NCBI GenBank assembly: GCA_035285545.1
Contig: JAYKGY010000044.1
Location: 1-14,967, forward strand
Direction: 5' to 3'
From: Snowella sp.
GTDB taxonomy: Bacteria; Cyanobacteriota; Cyanobacteriia; Cyanobacteriales; Microcystaceae
DNA length: 14,967 bases
A model generated the notes under the pieces. It had not been told where the DNA came from, ran no database searches, and saw only the letters and a program-made list of their open reading frames with translations. Below, in pieces: positions 1-7,404 of this stretch (positions are counted from its first letter, which is position 1; the number at the start of each line of letters is the position of its first letter). The position numbers and the translations under genes were made by a program.

Positions 1-126
1 TTAATCGTTTCCGAGGCATCCTTATTCGATGGGCCAAATCTTCTCAATCCTACTTGGGCTTTATTCAGATTGCTGCTTGTTTGATCATCGGCCGCAAACT
101 TCTCACATTTTTCGGATAGGTTCTAA
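1..126 (+). mobile_element. Right end of an IS5-family insertion sequence: transposase C-terminus, terminal inverted repeat and probable TAA target duplication
   Basis: Frame from nt 3 reads NRFRGILIRWAKSSQSYLGFIQIAACLIIGRKLLTFFG* (TAG 117-119). This matches the IS5-family DDE transposase C-terminus pattern (NRFRRLxIRW.K....YLGF..LA). The stop lies inside TTTTTCGGATAGGTTC (108-123), followed by TAA (124-126). Confidence 0.8.
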
Positions 127-140
127 GGAGGTAAGCACCC

Positions 141-752
141 CTAAACTTCTTTCAACTTAGCCTTCTCACTACGAGCATCCTGAATAATTTTAATTCCGCC
201 TCTTAGTACCACACAGGCGATGATTAACCCAATCACTAAATCAGGGAACCGAGAATTTAAAACTTTTACCAACACGCCTGCCAAAATTACACCCCCATTG
301 GCGATCGCATCATTACTGAGAAATATCCAACTAGCCCGCAGGTGAACTTCGTCCTGGCGATGTTTAGCCATCAAAAACAGGCAATAACTATTAACCATTA
401 AAGAAAGTAACGCAACGCCCATCATTAAACTGGATTCAGGTTCACTGCCCATAACGGCCCGCTTGACCACTTCCACTAAGACCAAACTGGCCAAGGTCAT
501 CTGAAAAATCCCGCTTAAAAAGGCTGCTTGAATCTTTTTACTTTGACATTTCCCAATGGCATAGAGGGAAATCCCAAAAACCGCCGCATCCGCAAACATA
601 TCCAAAGAATCGGCAATTAAAGCGGTTGAATGCCCTACAATTCCGCTACCGAGTCCAATCACAAACATCAACCCATTGAGAACAAACAAAATCCTGAGAA
701 CTTTTCGTTGTTCCCGATTTTTAGCCTCAAACTGACAACCACAATCTGCCAT
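141..752 (-). CDS. Cation diffusion facilitator (CDF, CzcD-like) transporter lacking the C-terminal cytoplasmic domain
   Basis: Multiple TM helices, STALIADSLDMFADA signature and an N-terminal CGC. ATG at 752 is preceded by AAGGAG, so it is preferred over GTG at 758. Confidence 0.88.
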   Translation of the reverse strand: MADCGCQFEAKNREQRKVLRILFVLNGLMFVIGLGSGIVGHSTALIADSLDMFADAAVFGISLYAIGKCQSKKIQAAFLSGIFQMTLASLVLVEVVKRAVMGSEPESSLMMGVALLSLMVNSYCLFLMAKHRQDEVHLRASWIFLSNDAIANGGVILAGVLVKVLNSRFPDLVIGLIIACVVLRGGIKIIQDARSEKAKLKEV

Positions 753-926
753 TGTCACTCCTTACTCGTAAACTTTTAACCTGAAAGCGAGAAATTTGAG
801 TATTATTCCCTATCATTCAGCTTTCGCCCTGCCTTTAGTGTAATCGCTACTCGGTAACTGCCTGTTAACTGCTTTACAAGTCATTTACAATAGATGAATA
901 CTCTGTTACAGATTGTAAAGGGATTC

Positions 927-1832
927 ATGGCAGATCAACTTATTCGGGCAACCGCAGCAGATGGAGGAATACGGGCAGTTGGGATTATTTCTACCCGTCT
1001 TACCGAAGAAGCAAGGCAACGGCACAAATTATCCTATGTCGCAACGGCAGCTCTCGGTCGCACAATGGCAGCCGGTTTACTATTAGCGTCGAGCATGAAG
1101 CGGGAAAACTCACGGGTTAATATCCGCGTTAAAGGGAATGGGCCTTTGGGGGGAATCTTAGTTGATGCAGGATTAGATGGAACCGTTCGGGGTTATGTCG
1201 CCAATCCTAGTGTAGAATTACCGCCCAATGACAAGGGAAAATTAGACGTAGGTGGAGCCGTCGGCAGCGAAGGATTTCTCTATGTGGTGCGCGATATTGG
1301 TCATGGTTATCCCTATTCCAGCACCGTAGAACTGGTTTCTGGGGAAATTGGCGACGATATTACCCATTATCTCTATACTTCGGAACAAACGCCTTCCGCG
1401 CTTTTAGTTGGGGTTTTTGTGGGAGCCGAAGGGGCAACGGCAGCCGGTGGGTTACTTCTGCAAATTCTGCCGAAAGCAGCCAACGATGAAGCCTTAGTTA
1501 CGGCTTTGGAATCGCGGTTTGCCCAGCTTCAAAGTTTCACGACTCTTTTAAGAGCAGGAAAGTCGCTGACGGATATTTTTGAAGAATTGTTGGGGGATTT
1601 TGGTCTATCAATTTTTCCTGATGTTCAATTGGTTCGTTTTGATTGTCGTTGCTCCTTTAATCGGGTATTAAACGCCTTAAAAACCCTGGGTGAAGTGGAA
1701 CTACAGGACATGATCGAAAAAGACGGGGGAGCCGAAGCCACTTGTGAATTTTGTGGGGAAGTCTATCAAGCCACAGAAGTCCATTTAGCTGAAATTATCG
1801 AAAATATACGGACAGAAGCCAAGGTAAAATAA
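927..1832 (+). CDS. hslO: Hsp33 redox-regulated chaperone
   Basis: MADQLIRATAA start, ATAALGRTM and SEQTPS motifs, C-terminal Zn site CRC...CEFC. True start is likely ATG 927 rather than 894. Confidence 0.96.
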   Translation: MADQLIRATAADGGIRAVGIISTRLTEEARQRHKLSYVATAALGRTMAAGLLLASSMKRENSRVNIRVKGNGPLGGILVDAGLDGTVRGYVANPSVELPPNDKGKLDVGGAVGSEGFLYVVRDIGHGYPYSSTVELVSGEIGDDITHYLYTSEQTPSALLVGVFVGAEGATAAGGLLLQILPKAANDEALVTALESRFAQLQSFTTLLRAGKSLTDIFEELLGDFGLSIFPDVQLVRFDCRCSFNRVLNALKTLGEVELQDMIEKDGGAEATCEFCGEVYQATEVHLAEIIENIRTEAKVK

Positions 1833-1884
1833 ATAATTCGGATTGAACTAAGAAAAGGGATTAGGAAATTGGGGGCTTTACAAC

Positions 1885-2223
1885 TCACTTTTTTCTCAAT
1901 CCCACTTTTTTGCCCTGAAAAATTTGCCAAATGAAGAATAGGCAAGTTAAAAAGTAGCCAGAGGTAAGCAAACCATTGAGATACAGTAACCTTAAGCTCA
2001 AGAGGTCTGAGGTTTGTAGGCCACCCAACCAGAGGAGCGCGTAAGAGAATAACCAACTTCCTGTTAGGGTTAAGGCTAATCGACTGACAGCTACAGTGTC
2101 TTCGTTGCTTTGTTTTCTTGATACGGCCCAAAGAGACGCGATCGCGCCGAGAACAGGAATAAGATAAATAGATAATTGGAACTGTTGCAGTTTTTTGTCT
2201 TTAAAGGGGTCATTGGAACTCAT
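1885..2223 (-). CDS. Small conserved cyanobacterial membrane protein (about 3 TM helices), function unknown
   Basis: 112-aa ORF with hydrophobic segments (IYLIPVLGAIASLW; LTLTGSWLFSYALLW; LYLNGLLTSGYFLTCLFFIW) and a basic C-terminus. Confidence 0.75.
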   Translation of the reverse strand: MSSNDPFKDKKLQQFQLSIYLIPVLGAIASLWAVSRKQSNEDTVAVSRLALTLTGSWLFSYALLWLGGLQTSDLLSLRLLYLNGLLTSGYFLTCLFFIWQIFQGKKVGLRKK

Positions 2224-2821
2224 GACGGATTTTCCCCTAACGAATCTTACTGCTATTATCCTCGCTGGCGGACAAAGTTCACGGATGGGTCAGGATAAAA
2301 CCTTACTGGTTTTTGATGGATTGCCTCTGTTAACTCGAATCTGTCAAGCAGCCCAGGCGATCGCGACTCCGGTTTATGTCATTACACCGTGGCCAGAGCG
2401 TTACCAAGCCATTATTCCCGCTAGTTGTCAGTTATTGCAGGAAACCCAACCCCATCAAGGCCCCTTAATCGGTTTTGCTCAAGTGTTGCCCCAGGTTAAA
2501 ACCGAATGGGTCTTATTATTAGCCTGTGATTTACCCTATTTAACCCCAATAACATTACAGGACTGGGCAGTTAATTTAGAAAAAGTAGATTCGGACGCGA
2601 TCGCGCTTTTACCCCTTTCCGACAAGGGCTGGGAACCATTAGCCGGTTTTTATCGAATATCTAGTTTTCCGTTGCTGCAAGCCTATATTGCTCAAGGGGG
2701 TCAATCGTTTCAAGGTTGGTTAAGTCTTCAGGCAGTGACTGAGTTAACAATCGGCGATCGCAGTGTATTATTTAATTGCAATACGGTAAAAGACTTAGAA
2801 AAGTTAAGTAAGTCAACTTAA
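2222..2821 (+). CDS. mobA: Molybdenum cofactor guanylyltransferase
   Basis: IILAGGQSSRMGQDK, GPLIG, LACDLP, WEPL and FNCNT motifs. Likely start is ATG 2222. Confidence 0.94.
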   Translation: MTDFPLTNLTAIILAGGQSSRMGQDKTLLVFDGLPLLTRICQAAQAIATPVYVITPWPERYQAIIPASCQLLQETQPHQGPLIGFAQVLPQVKTEWVLLLACDLPYLTPITLQDWAVNLEKVDSDAIALLPLSDKGWEPLAGFYRISSFPLLQAYIAQGGQSFQGWLSLQAVTELTIGDRSVLFNCNTVKDLEKLSKST

Positions 2822-3121
2822 TTAAAAGAAAAATAGGTTTTGCGTCTAATTCTAAGGAAATAATAGTATTATGTCCCTACATGAATTTTTTATAGAGATT
2901 TAACACGGTTAAATCCTTTTGACGTTTTATTGGGTTGCCCTACTTATCGAGGCGTTGATTTAGACATTAATGCCCAGGCCGTTAAAATTCTTAAAAGGGT
3001 ATTTTGGTCGTCTAGCGATGACATTATCCCAGACTTAAAACCTAGCCTTAAAATAAATAGGGCTTATTAATTTATCCGGTTAATCGGCTAATGCCAGCAG
3101 TCTTTCATTTTTAAAGAGGCA

Positions 3122-4126
3122 GTGAACAACAATTTTTCTTGTCTGGTGATTGGGGGAGGCATTGCGGGATTAATCGCCGCAACTGTTTTAACGCGTCATG
3201 ATGCAAAGGTAACGGTGTTAGATAAGGGAAGGGGCATTGGGGGGCGATTGGCTACTCGTCGTTTAACCTATTCCGATGCCATTGAAGGGGTTTTTGATTA
3301 TGGCGCACAGTATTTTACCGCCAGTGATCCCCAGTTTCAGGTGTGGATTGATGAATGGTTAGCCGCAGGAATCATTACGGAATGGAGTCAGGGATTTTTT
3401 CAAGAAACCGGAGATTTTAAAGCTAGCCAGAAATCCTGTTATCGCGGTGTGAAAAGTAATCGGAGTATTGCCCAATTCCTCGCGCGATCGCTGAGCGTCC
3501 ATACCCTTACCCAGGCGACCCAGATTCATTGGCAGGGGGGACAGTGGCAAGTTCAGACCCAAAATGGAGAAAATTTTGAGGCCGATGCTGTGTTGTTAAC
3601 GCCCCCTGTTCCGCAAATCTTAAGCCTGTTAGATCATTCTGGAATTGGGTTAAATCCTGAGATTCGCGAGAAACTTGCACGAGTGAGTTACCATCCCTGC
3701 ATTACGATGCTGGCGTTGTTGGAGAAACCCAGTCAGATTCCTGCGCCGGGGGGACTTTGGGGAACGGGCGATCGCTTAGGATGGATCGGCTGCAACTATC
3801 AAAAAGGCATTTCCCCCAACGGTTATGCGGTGACCATTCAAGCCAACCCCGCATTTAGCCGTAGCCACTGGGATGCTGAGAATGAAACAATTGCGAAGGA
3901 TTTAGGCCAAGCCGCTAGCCCTTGGTTAGATTCGCCCGTCTTGGATTATCAAATTCATCGATGGCGATATAGTCAAGTGGCGGTGAGTTATGGAGAACCC
4001 TATTTAGCCCTATCTCATCCTGGCCCCTTGGTGCTGGCTGGTGATGGATTTGTTGCCGGAAAAATTGAAGGGGCAGTGTTATCGGGATTAGCGGCCGCGC
4101 GATCGCTTTTGGAGACTTTTCATTGA
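3122..4126 (+). CDS. Renalase-like NAD(P)/FAD-dependent oxidoreductase (COG3380 type)
   Basis: GGGIAG Rossmann motif, DKGRGIGGRLATRR, FDYGAQYFT, HRWRYS and AGDG...IEGAVLSG. GTG start. Confidence 0.92.
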   Translation: MNNNFSCLVIGGGIAGLIAATVLTRHDAKVTVLDKGRGIGGRLATRRLTYSDAIEGVFDYGAQYFTASDPQFQVWIDEWLAAGIITEWSQGFFQETGDFKASQKSCYRGVKSNRSIAQFLARSLSVHTLTQATQIHWQGGQWQVQTQNGENFEADAVLLTPPVPQILSLLDHSGIGLNPEIREKLARVSYHPCITMLALLEKPSQIPAPGGLWGTGDRLGWIGCNYQKGISPNGYAVTIQANPAFSRSHWDAENETIAKDLGQAASPWLDSPVLDYQIHRWRYSQVAVSYGEPYLALSHPGPLVLAGDGFVAGKIEGAVLSGLAAARSLLETFH

Positions 4127-4127
4127 A

Positions 4128-5624
4128 TTAAACGCGATGAATCTTAAAGGCACCTTTTTGCAAGCGAAGCCAATAATGCTTGAGATCCAACGCCACATCA
4201 TTACTGAGAAAATAGCAACCTAACACGTTGGGAATGGCGACCGAGATCAGCATCAGATCACTCAAACGGATAAACAGCGTAGGATTCAGTACCGCGCCCA
4301 AAAAGACAATGCCCAAAAAGCAGAGTTTTAACATTAAAGGATTTTTATCGCCAAAAAGATATTCCCAACATAATTCGCTGTAATAGCCCCAGGACATCAC
4401 CGTTGAGTAGGCAAAAAGAACGATGCAAACCGCCAATAGGTAGGGAAACCACGGAATCACCGTTCCAAAAGCCGCTTGCGTCAGTTGGGCCCCATTCAGT
4501 CCCTGAAAACTGGGATTATTATAGGCTCCGGTCACAACCATCACCATTGCTGTTAAGTTGCAGACAATAATCGTGTCAATAAAGGGTTCTAACAGTGAAA
4601 CAATCCCTTCGCGCACCGGTTCAGTCGTTTGGGCCGCTGCATGGGCGATCGCTGCTACACCCTGTCCTGCCGTATTGGAATAGGCCGCTCGCCTAAAGCC
4701 CTGGGCAATAACACCGACTAATCCCCCCGTCACTGCTTGAGGAACAAAGGCACTGCTGATCATGGTGCCAATTAATGCGGGAATTTGAGTGACGTTGACT
4801 AGCAAGATCCAAAGGGCCGCTAACATATAAATGCCACACATAATGGGAACGACCGCGCCTGCAACTGTCCCAATCCGCTTAACGCCCCCTAAAATGACAA
4901 TTCCAACCCCAAGACACATCACGAGGCCGTATAACCACGCTTTATCCGTAAACCAAGGAAATACTTGGGCAATGGCGAGATAGGATTGATTGGTTTGGAA
5001 CATGGTCGATCCGGCACCACCGCCAATAATAGACAAAACGCAAAATAAAATGGCTAGGATTTTGCCGATTTTGGCATATCCTTTTTCCGCTAACCCTTGG
5101 GAGAGGTAATACATCGGGCCGCCTGCAATGGTTCCATCTGCCCGCACAATGCGATATTTTTGCCCTAAAGTACATTCCACAAATTTCATGGTCATAGCCA
5201 ATAGTCCGGCTACTGTCATCCAAAATGCGGCTCCTGGCCCCCCAATACTAATCGCGATCGCGACCCCTGCAATATTTCCAAGGCCGACCGTTCCGGCTAA
5301 AGCGGTTGCCAATGCCTGAAAGTGGGAAACTTCCCCTGGTTCGTCGGGATCATCATATTTCCCCATCGTCACATCAATGGCATGTTTAAAAGCCCGAATG
5401 TTGATAAACTTCATTCTGAATGTAAAAAATGCCGAGCCAACGACTAACCACAGCACAATCAGGGGCATTTCATCAATTTTGAACTCTAGAATCGAGAGAA
5501 CATTAATAATGGATTGCAGTAGTTGTTCAAAGATATTGGGGTCAGGCGGGGTTGAAGGGGATGCCCAGGCTGGCTTTGTCGCAAAAAAGAATAATAATAA
5601 GCAAAAACATCCGAATTTTCTCAT
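4128..5624 (-). CDS. Alanine/glycine:cation symporter (AGCS family, AgcS/AlsT-like)
   Basis: ALAGTVGLGNIAGVAIAISIGGPGAAFWM, GGPMYYL, GGVKRIG and EPFIDTIIVC signatures, with many TM helices. Confidence 0.93.
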   Translation of the reverse strand: MRKFGCFCLLLFFFATKPAWASPSTPPDPNIFEQLLQSIINVLSILEFKIDEMPLIVLWLVVGSAFFTFRMKFINIRAFKHAIDVTMGKYDDPDEPGEVSHFQALATALAGTVGLGNIAGVAIAISIGGPGAAFWMTVAGLLAMTMKFVECTLGQKYRIVRADGTIAGGPMYYLSQGLAEKGYAKIGKILAILFCVLSIIGGGAGSTMFQTNQSYLAIAQVFPWFTDKAWLYGLVMCLGVGIVILGGVKRIGTVAGAVVPIMCGIYMLAALWILLVNVTQIPALIGTMISSAFVPQAVTGGLVGVIAQGFRRAAYSNTAGQGVAAIAHAAAQTTEPVREGIVSLLEPFIDTIIVCNLTAMVMVVTGAYNNPSFQGLNGAQLTQAAFGTVIPWFPYLLAVCIVLFAYSTVMSWGYYSELCWEYLFGDKNPLMLKLCFLGIVFLGAVLNPTLFIRLSDLMLISVAIPNVLGCYFLSNDVALDLKHYWLRLQKGAFKIHRV

Positions 5625-5927
5625 TACGATACTTTAGGGGGTTAAAAGGCTAAAGCTTTAGTTTAAATACATCCGGTTAATAAAACTGTTGAATTGGCAA
5701 CGATATTCCTGCGGATATTGGAAAATAATTGATTAATATAGGGATAGTTCCTAAATTGTTTCATTTTTACCTTAAGGAATCTCAAGTTCTGCATGATTTA
5801 GGGGATTGTGGGAAAATAAGTTTAATTTCAGTAGAAGAAGCCGCTTTCCCTATAAGCTATTCAAAAATACTTTTGATATTTGCAAAAAATAAGCTAAAAA
5901 GTCAAAAAAAGGAGTCTAATTAAGTTT

Positions 5928-6511
5928 ATGGTTATAAAGGCTCTTAAACCCTATAGTTTTGAAGAATATTGCCACTATAAGGACGACAGCGATAATCGCT
6001 TTGAATTGGTTGATGGCTATCTAGAAATTATGACTCCTCGAAGTTTTCGCCATGTTTTGATTGCGGATAAATTAAAAGAAATTTTAAATCAAGAAATTAA
6101 GCGGCAATCCCAATCTCTCATTTGTTTATTAGAATTAGGAATCCGAACGGGTTGGAACAAGTCTCGTATTGCCGATTTAGCCGTAATTTCTCGTAGTCAG
6201 GTCATTGAATCGTTAGAAAAACAGCGATTTGTGAAGTTCCTCCGTTATTGGTTATTGAAATTGTTAGTTCTGATTCTATTCAACGGGTTTATCGCTATAA
6301 ACGGTCTGAATATGCGGCGGTAGGGATTGCTGAATATTGGATTGTTGATCCCCTAGACCCAAAAATTACGGTCTTAACTTTTAATGAGGGTTTGTATGAT
6401 GAGCAAGTTTTCTTGGGTGAAACCACGATCACGGAGTGCCGCTGCGCGATCGCGTCTCAGCAATTTCCCCATCTTTCCATCAACATTAACGAAATTTCAA
6501 ATATCTATTAA
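5928..6511 (+). pseudogene. Uma2-family (DUF820) PD-(D/E)xK putative endonuclease, split by a frameshift
   Basis: The 5' part (RFELVDGYLEIM, RIADLAV) and 3' part (PPLLVIEIVS, KRSEYAAVGIAEYWIVDP) are in different frames. Adding one base at the A5 run 6217-6221 gives SLEKTAICEVPPLLVIEIVS. Confidence 0.85.
6425..6453. repeat. 21-nt HIP1-associated short dispersed repeat (SDR5-like) inserted in frame
   Basis: ACGATCAC-GGAGTGCCGCTGC-GCGATCGC: a degenerate HIP1 (6425-6432) and a perfect HIP1 (6446-6453) offset by exactly 21 nt. It is a GC-rich patch in an AT-rich gene. Confidence 0.65.
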
Positions 6512-6887
6512 CTATGACCGACTCTAGTGTTAATTATCATCATATTTGCTTGAAAATGACTAGAATTGCTCAAAAATCCTGTAGATGAAATATTGGTAGA
6601 TTAGTCTTTGAAATTTTGTCCAAACTTGAGTTACAGTAAAACAAGCTCATCTGAAAAGATCCCAACTTGTATCGATAATTAGGGATTATTTAGGAGATCA
6701 TTGTCATGATTGTGAACTGTCGCAGCGTAACGTCAGGTGATCCATTAAGTAGCTGGCAAAAAGCTGGACTCCATTTGGTGTCTCGTTTATTTAAATAGTG
6801 GCCAATTTTAAAAAGTTTCACATCTCTGCTTAGTTGAGAGCAGTTCATGTTACTCTCAAATTAAATTGATTACCCATCACTCACACA

Positions 6888-7385
6888 ATGGTTATGGATG
6901 TTGTAGAGGCAAAGGTTCAACGTCTTTATGAGTTGGCAAAGAAACAGCCTAATGATGAATGCTTACAGACGGCGGTAGAAGCTGTTAGGTCATTACGGCG
7001 ATCGCGTGGTCAACTCCAGAGAGGAAATGACAACTATCGAGAGGAAATTAAACGTCTTAAGGCTGAGTTAACAAATCAGGGCACACAAGAACCCCTGAAA
7101 AAGATTACTTCCTATGAAGAATTTAAGGAAGTCGTTCTTGAAACCTATGAGCGATTGAATTATGACTATAATTACAACTCGTTTGTCCCTATTTATGTGA
7201 TTCGTCGGGATATTGGAGAAAGGGTTACGCGATCGCAGTTTAAGGAATGGATGCTCAAAATTAGGTTGGAAAGAATTTTAAGTTTTTACATCTGTGATAA
7301 CAGAACTTTAACCCAAGAAGAAATACAGGATTCTATTTATGATGATAACTTAGGAACTCAATATTTCTTTGCTCAAAAAAATTAA
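6888..7385 (+). CDS. Hypothetical protein with N-terminal coiled coil and C-terminal putative winged-helix domain
   Basis: 165-aa ORF. Heptad-like segment YREEIKRLKAELTN. C-terminal FVPIYVIRRDIGERVTRSQFKEWMLKI...QYFF has a helix-helix-beta pattern. The fold call is inference. Confidence 0.8.
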   Translation: MVMDVVEAKVQRLYELAKKQPNDECLQTAVEAVRSLRRSRGQLQRGNDNYREEIKRLKAELTNQGTQEPLKKITSYEEFKEVVLETYERLNYDYNYNSFVPIYVIRRDIGERVTRSQFKEWMLKIRLERILSFYICDNRTLTQEEIQDSIYDDNLGTQYFFAQKN

Positions 7386-7404
7386 CCCTATCAAAGTTAC
7401 TATC

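Noticed and set aside
124..132. Perfect Shine-Dalgarno TAAGGAGGT right after the IS end
   Set aside because: There is no suitably placed start codon or ORF downstream on the + strand.
3074..5681. Identical 11-mer ATCCGGTTAAT at 3074 and 5671, each about 40-50 nt from a start codon
   Set aside because: It is non-palindromic and in opposite orientation relative to the two genes. One 11-mer match in 15 kb is plausible by chance.
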